DNA of 63,313 nt, counting the filler, from Actinomycetota bacterium (GTDB taxonomy: Bacteria; Actinomycetota; CADDZG01; JAHWKV01; JAOPZY01): NCBI GenBank assembly GCA_025963875.1. It is 4 parts of 4 records of this genome, joined end to end, with 100 filler letters (N's around TTAATTAATTAA, not from the genome) between each part and the next. Parts side by side here need not be neighbours in the genome. Positions count along the whole stretch, not along the records: positions 1 to 17,009 come from JAOPZY010000223.1; positions 17,110 to 29,079 come from JAOPZY010000043.1; 2 more parts are not named here. One strand, given 5' to 3'. Below the pieces are notes generated by a model. That model was not told the DNA's origin and did no database searches. It saw only the letters and a program-made list of their open reading frames with translations. This document shows positions 10,765 through 19,878 of the stretch, in pieces (position 1 is the first letter of the stretch; each line of letters begins with the position of its first letter). The translations under genes and the position numbers were made by a program.

Positions 10765-10992
10765 CTACGAAGCCAGCTTCTTCAGCTTCCGCCGCTCTCG
10801 CTCACTCGTTCCGCCCCAGATCCCGAACTGCTCCCGGTTGGTCAGCGCGTACCGCAGGCACAGCGTGCGGACGGGACACTGATTGCAGACGGCACGGGCA
10901 GCCCGGGAAGAACCTCCCCGCTCCGGGAAGAAGATCTCGGGGTCGACCTCAAGGCAGCGCGCCAGCGACTGCCAACTCAGGGTCTGCCGCAT
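10765..10992 (-). CDS. whiB: WhiB family Fe-S transcriptional regulator
   Basis: Four Cys (C..DPEIFFP..C..CPV...C) and GIWGGTSERERR. Confidence 0.96.
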   Translation of the reverse strand: MRQTLSWQSLARCLEVDPEIFFPERGGSSRAARAVCNQCPVRTLCLRYALTNREQFGIWGGTSERERRKLKKLAS

Positions 10993-11090
10993 TACTGATT
11001 ACTCCATGCGCTCGTGTAATTACGGTTCGGTAATTCTAGTCATGTTATTTCTACCCGCGTCAAGTGCAAACCACAAAAAACTTCTGCGAT

Positions 11091-11495
11091 CTACAGCGAG
11101 GGTGCCAGGGCGGCGTCGAGCGCCAGGAGGAGGGCCATCGGGTCGGAGAGGGGTTTCACGATGACCTGCTGGGCGCCGGCCTGGTGGCAGAGCCAGCGGT
11201 CGTGCGGCCGTTCGCACAGCATGACGAGCGGGAGGTGGCCCATGGAGGGGAGGGCGTGGAGGTCCTTGGCGAGGCCGAAGCCGCCGTAGTCGCCGACGCG
11301 CAGCTCCAGCACGGCGACGGCAGGCTTGCTCTTACGGACCTCGTCGATCGCATCCGGGGGGGTGTCGGAGTAGGTCACGAGATAGCGTGCAGCCGGCAGC
11401 GACCGGGCCGCCTGGCGGATGCGGTCGTCGCCCGTAAAGACATGGACCCCCAGGGGTCCGGCCTCGGGCCCTTGGAGGGCCTCAGGCTGACTCAT
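11091..11495 (-). CDS. Atypical single-domain response regulator receiver
   Basis: REC-like pattern (AVAVLEL, PLVML, QAGA..VIVKP); the phospho-acceptor position appears to be Glu. Confidence 0.7.
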   Translation of the reverse strand: MSQPEALQGPEAGPLGVHVFTGDDRIRQAARSLPAARYLVTYSDTPPDAIDEVRKSKPAVAVLELRVGDYGGFGLAKDLHALPSMGHLPLVMLCERPHDRWLCHQAGAQQVIVKPLSDPMALLLALDAALAPSL

Positions 11496-11778
11496 CGTGT
11501 CGTTCTGTGGCCACGAGGGCCGCGCTCAGGCGCTTCAGGAAGTCCTCAGCGTTGAGGTCGAAACCGGGGTGCATGTCGGCAAGGCGGTTGAAGGACGAGG
11601 CGAAGGTGTCGGCGGCAGCCTCGACGGACCGCACGAGGTCCGGGAGGGCAGCCACGTAGTGACGCGCGAAGTGGGTGCCGCAGAAGGGGCACCGGCCGCC
11701 GCTGCCCTCGGGCGGAGGCAGGATCTCGGTGAGGAGGAACCTCCGCCGGCAGGTGTTGCAGACAGCCTCGAGCTTCAT
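11482..11778 (-). CDS. Hypothetical zinc-ribbon protein
   Basis: CNTC...CPFCG; start MKLEAVC preceded by GAAGGG. Confidence 0.65.
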   Translation of the reverse strand: MKLEAVCNTCRRRFLLTEILPPPEGSGGRCPFCGTHFARHYVAALPDLVRSVEAAADTFASSFNRLADMHPGFDLNAEDFLKRLSAALVATERHDESA

Positions 11779-11987
11779 TCGTTTCCCTTCTCTGGCCCTT
11801 CTGGGGACGGACTCCGCACCGCTGGCTGCACGGTGATCAGGGCGATCGCGGCGATGCGGCGTTCGCATTCACTATGGCTTGCAGGGCAGCCGGCGGCAAC
11901 TGGCACTCGGCGCGCTCGCCGGCGGTCGGCAGACTCGGCAGATTCGGCAGACGTGGCCGGAGGTTCGCTAGACTCGAAAAGCACTGC

Positions 11988-12060
11988 GGGCCGTTAGCTC
12001 AATTGGGAGAGCAGGGGCCTCTTAAGCCCAAGGTTCCGGGATCGACGCCCGGGCGGCCCA
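11988..12060 (+). tRNA. tRNA-Lys (anticodon CTT)
   Basis: Cloverleaf: acceptor gggccgt/gcggccc, D-arm gctc/gagc, anticodon loop ctCTTaa, T-arm ccggg/cccgg; CCA is not encoded. Confidence 0.93.
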
Positions 12061-12195
12061 CTTCCCGCACCACCCCAGCCCCTTGCAGGCCCGTCCGGGC
12101 CCTTGCGGGCTTGGTTCCGCGGAAGGGACGCGGGGCTAGGATCCTCCGGTGGGTGTTCTCCAAGCTGCTCCCCCGTCGCCGGGCTCGGACCGACC

Positions 12196-13224
12196 GTGAG
12201 GCGGCTTGGCGCCTGGCTTCAGCGCCCACTCGAAGATCGAACACTGGCCGAGCTGGTTCTGCATCGGCTGCGCTGGGCGCTGCTCGTGTTGCTCGTCGTG
12301 TTCGGCATCACCACCAGCGGCTACGTCGTCCTGGAGAGGTATGGCTGGATCGACGCCGCCTACATGGCCATCGTCACCCTGAGCACCGTCGGCTACGGCG
12401 AGGTCCACCCGCTGGATACCGTCGGCCGGATCTTCACGATGGGCGTCATCATCGCCGGATTCGGCACCTTCGTCTACGCTGCGACCACCCTCACCAACCT
12501 GTTCACGTCCGGAGAGGCAGTCACCCATATCCGTCGATCCAGAGGCAGGCGCATGCGAAGCGACATGGACCGCCACGTCATCGTCGTCGGCTTCGGCCTG
12601 GTCGGTCAGGCGGTGGCCCGGGGGGTCAGGGACCTCCAAGGACCGTGCCTCGTGATGGACCACGATCCCACCCGTGAGCAGGCGATCCTGGGTTGCGGCT
12701 ATGTGCCCATGATCGGCGACGCGACCGACGAGCACGACCTCCTCGAGGCAGGCATTCGACGGGCCGACGCACTCGTCGCCGCCGCCGACTCCGACGAGGT
12801 GAACCTGATCGTCACCCTCACCGCTCGGGCGCTCTGCCGCGAGCTGCGCATCGTGTCGCGGGTGAACGAGGCAGGCTGGCGGGACCGGATGACCCGGGCG
12901 GGAGCCGACGTCGCCCTCTCCCCCTACGCGTCCTACGGCATGTCACTCGCCGCGTCGGCGGTCACCCCGGCCGTCCTGGACGTCCACAGTCTGCCCCTGC
13001 TGGGGTTGGGGACCGAAGAGGTCGAGGTATCGGACGGGTCGCCGCTGGTGGGCCAGACCCTCAGCAGCGTCTCCGAGGCCCATCCGGGAGTGCTGGTCGT
13101 GGGTCTGCGGCGGGACAGCCGCCTTCATCGATGGCACGACGTCGAGGGAGCCATTGCGCCCGGTGATGTGCTGGTGGCGCTCGGGACGCCGGGTTCCCTC
13201 GGGGCCTTGGCCGAGAGCTCCTGA
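12196..13224 (+). CDS. Potassium channel protein with TrkA-N/TrkA-C (RCK) domains
   Basis: Two TM helices with TLSTVGYG selectivity filter, VVGFGLVG Rossmann motif, GDAT; start approximate. Confidence 0.92.
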   Translation: MRRLGAWLQRPLEDRTLAELVLHRLRWALLVLLVVFGITTSGYVVLERYGWIDAAYMAIVTLSTVGYGEVHPLDTVGRIFTMGVIIAGFGTFVYAATTLTNLFTSGEAVTHIRRSRGRRMRSDMDRHVIVVGFGLVGQAVARGVRDLQGPCLVMDHDPTREQAILGCGYVPMIGDATDEHDLLEAGIRRADALVAAADSDEVNLIVTLTARALCRELRIVSRVNEAGWRDRMTRAGADVALSPYASYGMSLAASAVTPAVLDVHSLPLLGLGTEEVEVSDGSPLVGQTLSSVSEAHPGVLVVGLRRDSRLHRWHDVEGAIAPGDVLVALGTPGSLGALAESS

Positions 13225-13234
13225 GACTCGGGGG

Positions 13235-13636
13235 TCAGCTCGGGACGGCGACGTTGAAGTCTGCCACTGCGTCAGTGGCGGCCAGGGCGGCTCGGAGCGC
13301 CTCGACGCGGCCCGGAACCGGCCGGTACCAGACCCAGGTCCCCCGCTTCTCCCGGGCCACGAGGCCGGCCTCGTAGAGAACTCGGAGATGGTGGCTCACG
13401 GTCGGCTGCGACCGGCCGAGGGGTTCCACGAGGGCGCAGGCGCAGACCTCTCCCTCCGGCTGAGCAGCGATGAGGCTGAAGAGCCGTAGGCGGGCAGGAT
13501 CGGCGAGGGCGGCGAAACCTCGGGCGAGTTCGGCCGCATCGGATTCATCGAGTGGCGCAGCGAGGATCGAAGGGCAACAGTCCTCGATGTCGTTGTCGAG
13601 CCCTGCCATGGGCAGCAGGGCCTTCTTCCTGCTCAT
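13235..13636 (-). CDS. arsR: ArsR/SmtB family repressor
   Basis: N-terminal CC, ALADPARLRL, VCAC, SQPTVSHHL and KRGTWVWY. Confidence 0.92.
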   Translation of the reverse strand: MSRKKALLPMAGLDNDIEDCCPSILAAPLDESDAAELARGFAALADPARLRLFSLIAAQPEGEVCACALVEPLGRSQPTVSHHLRVLYEAGLVAREKRGTWVWYRPVPGRVEALRAALAATDAVADFNVAVPS

Positions 13637-13928
13637 GCCATCCATCTTGACATGTCCACCGTATATGGACATTGGTCCATAGGCTTGGCAAGATAGGTTG
13701 ATATCGACTCATATCAATGCATTGGAGGCAGCTTGGTAGCTCCAGCCCTGTGCATCGCGGCCTCATCCCGGAGCGAGTGTTGCCCGCCAGGGAGTAGCGA
13801 TTTGACCCACAGCCAACTGGAGTCCCGGGACGACCTGTCGGGTGCCCGCACCGTCAACTTCGTCCCCATCACGTTCGACGCTTCGCCCGGGCAGAACTCC
13901 GGGCGCTCACCCCGCGGAAGGAGGCATC

Positions 13929-14339
13929 GTGAACGACGTCCCTGAAGTGCTCTTCGTGTGTATCCACAACGCCGGCCGGTCACAGATGGCCGCCGCCCTG
14001 CTTGATCACCACGCCCAGGGGCGGGTGCGCGTTCGGTCCGGGGGCTCGGCGCCCGGTGACAGCATCAACCCGGCGGTCGCTGCCGCGATGGCCGAGATCG
14101 GGCTCGACCTCTCCAAGGAGTTCCCGAAGCCGGTGACCGACGAGGCAGTCCGTGCCGCCGACGTCGTCGTCACGATGGGCTGCGGAGATGTGTGCCCCAT
14201 CTACCCCGGAAAGCGCTATGAGGACTGGGAGCTGAACGACCCCAAGGGCAAGAGCGTCGAGCAGGTCCGCCCCATCCGCGACGAGATCGACCAGAGGGTG
14301 CAGGCACTCCTCGTTGAGCTGACGGCCAGTGCGAACTGA
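13929..14339 (+). CDS. arsC: Arsenate reductase (LMW-PTP fold)
   Basis: LFVCIHNAGRSQMA, TMGCGDVCP and DP motifs; GGAGG RBS before GTG. Confidence 0.95.
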   Translation: MNDVPEVLFVCIHNAGRSQMAAALLDHHAQGRVRVRSGGSAPGDSINPAVAAAMAEIGLDLSKEFPKPVTDEAVRAADVVVTMGCGDVCPIYPGKRYEDWELNDPKGKSVEQVRPIRDEIDQRVQALLVELTASAN

Positions 14340-14512
14340 GCCGTCGAGGAGACGGGCAAGGCCCAAGTTCCTGCTTGGGCCCGACAGTTGAACGATGCGG
14401 CAGCGCTGGTGCTGCCGAGTAACCGAGGCGACTTTGCGGTCACCGGCACCATCTGTCCAGGCGATTCGGCAGCGACACCAGCTAGTGCATCCGATTCGGC
14501 GAGCCCCCAGTG

Positions 14513-14542
14513 TTTGTCGAATTCGGATCCGAATTCGACAAA
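14513..14542. repeat. Perfect 30-bp palindrome
   Basis: tttgtcgaattcggatccgaattcgacaaa equals its own reverse complement. Confidence 0.9.
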
Positions 14543-14685
14543 TCCGGGATCAGAGTGTCTTTGGAAAAGGTCCCACACCGGTCCCGACGTCCTACCTGGC
14601 GCCCTCACCTCTTTGGGCCCAGCGGATCGTGACGGCCCACAAGTCGCACCGACCTCTATGAACCCCGATCACCGATTTCGAGCCG

Positions 14686-15201
14686 GTGCCCTCGGCCCCG
14701 AAGGCGCAAAGGAGCGCCGTGCCTCTGGTCGGGGCGGCGGTGGTATGGGGATTCGTCCTGCTCATCCTGGCCACTGCCCTGCCAATCGTGACTCCGCAAG
14801 CCCCACCGTCTTTCGCGCCACCTCCGCCGTCGGCGAGCCCAGACGGTGCCGGAACCCCAGCGCTTCCGCCGCCCGCTTCCGGCCCCGCACCAGCGATCGT
14901 GCGCGTGCCGCAGGTCACGCTGGTCCACTATTACGGGCACTCGGTGCTGCTGCTCGTCGCGTTGCCGGCATTTGCTTCGTTCGTGGTGGGCCTGATGCTG
15001 TGGATGAGCGTTGCCAAGCGATCCAGGGCGGCCGGCATAGGAGCGTGGATCGTTGCTGTCATCGTCTTGGCGGCCGGTATCATCGGTTTCTTTACTTTCC
15101 TTTTCACTATCGGGCTCGCAATTGTCCCGATCGGGGTCCTGCTCATCTTCGCCTGCACCCGGGCAGCCCCGCTGTCCCATTCCCAAACCGGCGTCGTGTG
15201 A
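14686..15201 (+). CDS. Hypothetical membrane protein
   Basis: About four hydrophobic segments and a Pro-rich loop. Confidence 0.7.
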   Translation: MPSAPKAQRSAVPLVGAAVVWGFVLLILATALPIVTPQAPPSFAPPPPSASPDGAGTPALPPPASGPAPAIVRVPQVTLVHYYGHSVLLLVALPAFASFVVGLMLWMSVAKRSRAAGIGAWIVAVIVLAAGIIGFFTFLFTIGLAIVPIGVLLIFACTRAAPLSHSQTGVV

Positions 15202-15720
15202 TCGACGTCGTCCAGTCATGACGAGCCCGCCGGATGCGCTCCAAGAGCGGCACCAATAGGTACCCAATTACGGTTGCTTCAGACCCGTCCCCGCCGTCAG
15301 GCGGTCGACCTTGGCGGCCATGATGAAGTCGTTGTGCGTCTGCCCCCGGAGTCGTGGGTCGTGCGTGACGGCGCCGTCCCAGACGACGGATGTACTGCCT
15401 CACCGCCCTGGGCAAGCGCGAGGCAAAGAACGCCGTGGCTGACTTCTACCGGGACATCGGCCGTGCCCCCATTTGGGCGCCCGGTATCGAGACCATCTGA
15501 TGGCCTCGTTCTTTCCGTTCGCCATAGCCGCGGTGGCAGTCTTGGTGGCCGAGCGCTTCGGCGTGAGCCGCCAGTCGGTGCACGATTGAAGTTTGTCGCT
15601 ACAAGGAACGGGGGGGTGGCCGCCCTTGCCGATCAATCCCTCCGTACGCATCTGCGATGGGGGCGCCCGCCGGATCCGCCACGAGCGGGCCCGCCAGGGG
15701 CTCGACCAGTGCGACGGCGC

Positions 15721-15805
15721 ACCAGCCGATCCCATGAAGATCTGGTATCCACGAAAATTCTGTGAGTATGAGTCGACGCTGTACGTCGTTCTGTACTCAA
15801 AGAAT
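15721..15805 (+). repeat. 85-bp repeat (copy A) containing a 47-bp TTCT...AGAA palindrome
   Basis: 77/85 identical by eye to the reverse complement of 17734-17818. Confidence 0.9.
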
Positions 15806-15870
15806 GACCCGATGGACGATAACCCGACTCAGGAGGGTTGGTTACGCGTGCCGGGACAGACCGAGGGGTG

Positions 15871-16452
15871 ATGGGCACGGGTAGCATCTTCTTCGTCGAG
15901 TTGGCGGAGTGGGCCGAACAAGAGTCAAAGCGCCTGCTGGCCGGTACGGGCAACCGGTGGCTCCATGTCCAGGGGGTGGTGGGTCTGGCCCGCCAGGTGG
16001 TGGGGATCCTGCCTGAGAACGAGCGGCCAGTGCTCCTGGCAGCTGCGCATTTGCATGACGTGGGTTATGCGGAAGAGCTGGTTCGGTGCGGGGCGCATCA
16101 GCTCGACGGCGCAGAGTTCTTGCGAATGGCCGGCCAGAAACGGTTGGCGTGCATTGTGGCCCATCATTCCGAGGCGAGGTACGAGCTGGAGGCCAGGGGC
16201 TTGGGCTCGGAGCTGGCGGCCTACCAGCGTGAGGAGTCGGCGTTGACAGATGCCCTCACGTACTGCGACCTGCTGACTGGGCCGACGGGCATGCCGACAT
16301 CTTTGAGGGAGCGTGTGGCGGACGTTGAACGGCGCTATGGCGACGAGAGCCTCGTGGTGGATGCGCTCAGAAAGGCTCTGCCGACGTTGCAAGGAGCGGT
16401 GGAATGGACACGACTGCGGCTCGGCGGAGAGACGCAAACCGCTATCGGATGA
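15871..16452 (+). CDS. HD-domain metal-dependent phosphohydrolase
   Basis: RWLHVQGV, AAHLHDVGY, HQLDGA, VAHHS and LTYCD.TGP motifs. Confidence 0.9.
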   Translation: MGTGSIFFVELAEWAEQESKRLLAGTGNRWLHVQGVVGLARQVVGILPENERPVLLAAAHLHDVGYAEELVRCGAHQLDGAEFLRMAGQKRLACIVAHHSEARYELEARGLGSELAAYQREESALTDALTYCDLLTGPTGMPTSLRERVADVERRYGDESLVVDALRKALPTLQGAVEWTRLRLGGETQTAIG

Positions 16453-16912
16453 AGGCGCCGGGCTTGCCCTTCAGGTAGTCCTCGATGCGGAGACGGATCG
16501 ACGGATGCACGTTGAGTCCATCGATCTCGGCTGCGGGGAAGAACTTGACCTGGATGGATTCCCTGCTCGGCCGCAGGTCCCCCCCGACAATCCTGCAGGC
16601 GAAGCAGATCGAGAACTGTTGGCGCACCTCGCCGTCGTTGTAGGCGAAGACGTGGCCCGGGTCGGTGTAGACGCCGACTATCCGTTCTGGTTCCACAGTG
16701 AGTCCGGTCTCCTCCTGCACTTCCCTGGCAATCGCCTGGGCGATGCTCTCGCCGATGTCCATGACCCCTCCGGGCAGCGCCCACCGGCCGTTGTCGCTTC
16801 GGCGCTGGAGCAGGATGCGTCCCTCGTTGTCGGCCACGATCGCAGAAGCGCCAGGCACGAGCGAGTTGGCCTTAGGAGCGTCCGCTTGGTGGTAGTAGTC
16901 GATGCGGGTCAT
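16442..16912 (-). CDS. NUDIX hydrolase
   Basis: Nudix box PGGVMDIGESIAQAIAREVQEETG. Confidence 0.95.
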   Translation of the reverse strand: MTRIDYYHQADAPKANSLVPGASAIVADNEGRILLQRRSDNGRWALPGGVMDIGESIAQAIAREVQEETGLTVEPERIVGVYTDPGHVFAYNDGEVRQQFSICFACRIVGGDLRPSRESIQVKFFPAAEIDGLNVHPSIRLRIEDYLKGKPGAFIR

Positions 16913-17009
16913 GCCCGGACGTCACTTGTGGCTGCGAGAAGATCTTCGTTTGCCGGTCGGCGAGACTCCTCCCAGATCAGGTCGAACTGATCCAGGAAGT
17001 TGGCAAAGA
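16909..17009 (-). CDS. 3' end of a gene truncated by the contig end, possibly an XRE-type regulator
   Basis: FANFLDQFDLIWEES...VRA* with ATGA overlap on the NUDIX start; identity inferred from the XRE-NUDIX-HD arrangement common in actinomycete mobile elements. Confidence 0.5.
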
Positions 17010-17109
17010 NNNNNNNNNNNNNNNNNNNNNNNNNNNNNNNNNNNNNNNNNNNNTTAATTAATTAANNNNNNNNNNNNNNNNNNNNNNNNNNNNNNNNNNN
17101 NNNNNNNNN
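17010..17109. other. Artificial contig linker
   Basis: N-run, TTAATTAATTAA (stops in all six frames), N-run. Confidence 0.98.
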
Positions 17110-17432
17110 ACGCCGTCCATGATGTCGGGGTTCCCGGCCTTGCCGAGGGCGGTGATGCGGCCGTCGCGCACGCCGACGTCGGCCTTCACGACCCCCCAGT
17201 GGTCGAGCACGACGGCGTTGGTGATGACGAGGTCGACCGTCGAGAAGGTTGCCTGCCCCATCGACTCCCGGATGACCTTGCCGCCGCCGAAGACCGTCTC
17301 GTCGCCCGCTCCGGCCGGGGAGCAGCGGTCCTCCGTGGGCGAGATCCAGAGGTCGGTGTCGCCGAGGCGCACTCTGTCGCCGACAGTCGGGCCGTACAGT
17401 TCGGCATAGCGGCGGCGGTCGATGTTCGTCAT
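17110..17432 (-). CDS. ureC: Urease alpha subunit, 3' truncated
   Basis: [33 protein letters not shown] and GKAGNPD. Confidence 0.96.
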
Positions 17433-17719
17433 CGTCGCTGGAGGCCCGGGACCACCCGGCGCCCGGCCAGGGCGACGAGGTCGACGTCCTTCGACATGCC
17501 GGGCTCGAAGCGCACCCCGGTCCCGGCGGGGACGTCGAGGCGGAACCCCTGGGCCGCCCCGCGGTCGAAGGCGAGGGCCGCGTTCACGTCGGCGAAGTGG
17601 AAGTGCGACCCCACCTGCACCGGCCGGTCCCCGGTGTTCTCGACCACGAGGTGGCGCCGCTCCCGGCCCGGGTTGAGCTCCATGGAGCCCTCGGCCGCAA
17701 CGACCTCGCCGGGGATCAT
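17429..17719 (-). CDS. ureB: Urease beta subunit
   Basis: [20 protein letters not shown] and [15 protein letters not shown]. Confidence 0.97.
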   Translation of the reverse strand: MIPGEVVAAEGSMELNPGRERRHLVVENTGDRPVQVGSHFHFADVNAALAFDRGAAQGFRLDVPAGTGVRFEPGMSKDVDLVALAGRRVVPGLQRR

Positions 17720-17733
17720 CGGGGGCTCCCCAG

Positions 17734-17818
17734 ATTCTTTGAGTACAGAACGACGTACAGCGTCGATTCATACTCACAGAATCTCCACGGGTACGCGATC
17801 TTCATGGGATCGGCTGGT
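17734..17818 (-). repeat. 85-bp repeat (copy B) spanning the ureA 3' end and the ureA-ureB spacer
   Basis: Matches 15721-15805; internal 47-bp palindrome at 17735-17781. Confidence 0.9.
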
Positions 17819-18104
17819 GGAGCGTCACGAGCTTCGTGCCGTCGGGGAAGGTCGCCTCGACCTGGACCTCGTGGAGCAGCTCGGGAACGCCCTCCATCAC
17901 GTCCTCGCGGGCGAGCACCGCACGGCCCGCCGACATGAGGTCCGCCACGGTCCGGCCGTCCCGGGCCCCCTCGAGCACGAAGGACGAGAGGAGGGCGGTC
18001 GCCTCGGGGACGTTGAGCTTCAGCCCTCTGGCCCTGCGGTCCCGGGCGACCATCGCCGCCACGGAAAGGAGCAGCTTGTCGACGTCGGTGGGGGACAGCC
18101 TCAT
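17802..18104 (-). CDS. ureA: Urease gamma subunit
   Basis: 100 aa: RGLKLN.PE, EGARDG, DVMEGV and [19 protein letters not shown]. Confidence 0.97.
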   Translation of the reverse strand: MRLSPTDVDKLLLSVAAMVARDRRARGLKLNVPEATALLSSFVLEGARDGRTVADLMSAGRAVLAREDVMEGVPELLHEVQVEATFPDGTKLVTLHQPIP

Positions 18105-18886
18105 GGCACCCGCTCCGGCGAAGGCGAGGCGGACCCGAACGCCCTGGGCAGAAGGCCCCAGACCTCCGGGTCGTGGCCCGGGATCATCAGCGCCCCCAGA
18201 GCGACCGCAGCCTCCTTGAAACGGTCGATGGAGGCGAGGGCCTGTTCCCGCCCGGCCAGCAGGATGCCCGGGGCGATCCGCTCGGTCAGGTTCCTCTGGG
18301 TGTCTGCGGCGTCCGCCGCGAGGGCGATCCATCCGTCGGGCAGCTCGACCAGCATCGACATGTGCCCCGGGCAGTGGCCCGGAGTGAACAGCAGCTGGAC
18401 GCCCGGCCACGGCTCGGCGTCGCCGTCGATGAGCTGCACGTCCAGCCCACCCTCGGTGAGCGGCGGCAGGTCGGCCGGGCGGTAGGCGAGGGAGTCGGGG
18501 GACGGGCCGTGCGCGTAGTCCCACTCGGCCTGCTGGATCCACACGCTCGTCTCCGGGGCGAGGCACCCGACGCCGCCGGCGTGGTCGACCATGAGGTGGC
18601 TGAGGACGCAGTCGGTCACCTCCTCGATGCCGAACCCCGCGGCAGCCAGGGCGTCGGGCAGGGCAACGACCTCGGGCGGAGGGTAGCCGGGGAAGGCCAG
18701 CTCCGACGGCGCAGCCGCTGGGTCGTAGCCGGTGTCGTAGAGGATGAGGCCTCCGTCGTCGCGCTCGACGACCCAGCCGGGGATCGGGATCCGGTCGCCC
18801 TCCCCGGGCGGATAGCCGTCGAGGGCGATGCAGCGGTCCAGCTCCTGCCACCCGAGGGTGAGCGGCACCAGGCGTTGCAGGGTCAT
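18101..18886 (-). CDS. Metallo-beta-lactamase-fold hydrolase (AHL-lactonase-like) with atypical HLMVDH motif
   Basis: [29 protein letters not shown] and PGHD; ATGA-coupled on both sides. Confidence 0.88.
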   Translation of the reverse strand: MTLQRLVPLTLGWQELDRCIALDGYPPGEGDRIPIPGWVVERDDGGLILYDTGYDPAAAPSELAFPGYPPPEVVALPDALAAAGFGIEEVTDCVLSHLMVDHAGGVGCLAPETSVWIQQAEWDYAHGPSPDSLAYRPADLPPLTEGGLDVQLIDGDAEPWPGVQLLFTPGHCPGHMSMLVELPDGWIALAADAADTQRNLTERIAPGILLAGREQALASIDRFKEAAVALGALMIPGHDPEVWGLLPRAFGSASPSPERVP

Positions 18887-19878
18887 GCGGCGCGCAGCCT
18901 CGGGTCGGCCACGATCTGGGCCAGGTCGACCAGGGAGTTGATGACGACGTACAGCGCCCCGAGCACGAGCGTGACACCGGCGACGGCGGGGAAGTCGGTC
19001 GACGAGATCGACTGGACGGTGTAGAGGCCGACGCCGGGCCATGCGAAGACGGACTCGATGACGACCACGCCGGCGAGGAGCAGCCCGACCTGCAGGCCTC
19101 CCATCGTGAGCGGGGCGTTCAGCGCCGATCGCAGGGCGTGGCGCAGCAGCACGGTGCGCTCCTTGAGGCCCTTGGCGCGGGCGGTGCGGATGTGGTCCTG
19201 GGTGAGGACGGTCTGCAGCGACGAGCGCAGGGTCCGTCCGAGGGCCACCGCCGGCCCGAGCGCCAGGCAGAAGGCCGGCAGGGCAAGGTGCCACAGCGCG
19301 TCGGACACGACATCGAAGCGCCCGTGGACGAGGCCGTCGATCACCAGGAGGCCGGTCGGTCCGGCGGGCGGGGTGATGCTGGAGGAGAGCCGCCCGGAGC
19401 TGGGGAGGATGTGCCACTTGGAGTAGAAGAGCATCAGGAGCGCCAGGGCGAGCAGGAACGGCGGTGCCGATGCCCCCGCCAGCATCAGCAGGCGCGGCGC
19501 CGTTCCCTTGCCCCGGGCGGTGGCGATCCCCAGCAGCCCGCCGAGCACGGCGGCGATGATCGCTGCTGCTCCGGCGAGCTCGAGGGTCGCCGGAAGGAAG
19601 TTGCCCAGGTCCGTGACCACGGGCCGGCGGGTGCGCAGCGAGTCCGAGAGGTTGCCGGTCGCCGCCCGCCCGAGGAACCGGACGTACTGCACCGGCAGCG
19701 GCTTGTCGAAGCCGAGCTCGTGGCGCTTGGCGGCGACCGCCTCCTTCGTGGCCGACGCTCCCACCATCGCCCGCACCGGATCGGAGGGGATCATGGCCTC
19801 GAGGGCGAACACGATGGCGGAAAGGGCCAGCAGGATGACGGCGAGCGCCGCAAGCCGGGACAGGACGAGCCTTGCCAT
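18883..19878 (-). CDS. ABC transporter permease (DppB/OppB type)
   Basis: PSDP, LPATLEL, HLALPA, TARAKGL EAA loop, [12 protein letters not shown] and DPR. Confidence 0.95.
   Translation of the reverse strand: MARLVLSRLAALAVILLALSAIVFALEAMIPSDPVRAMVGASATKEAVAAKRHELGFDKPLPVQYVRFLGRAATGNLSDSLRTRRPVVTDLGNFLPATLELAGAAAIIAAVLGGLLGIATARGKGTAPRLLMLAGASAPPFLLALALLMLFYSKWHILPSSGRLSSSITPPAGPTGLLVIDGLVHGRFDVVSDALWHLALPAFCLALGPAVALGRTLRSSLQTVLTQDHIRTARAKGLKERTVLLRHALRSALNAPLTMGGLQVGLLLAGVVVIESVFAWPGVGLYTVQSISSTDFPAVAGVTLVLGALYVVINSLVDLAQIVADPRLRAA

Noticed and set aside
13733..13945. 70-aa TTG ORF with a CC pair between arsR and arsC
   Set aside because: It has a GGAGG upstream but no recognisable family and overlaps the arsC start; may be a remnant, not supportable.
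17054..17065. TTAATTAATTAA flanked by Ns (also near 29124 and 38513)
   Set aside because: Synthetic contig spacer, not biological; the inverted orientation of the 85-bp repeats across it therefore cannot be read as transposon ends.
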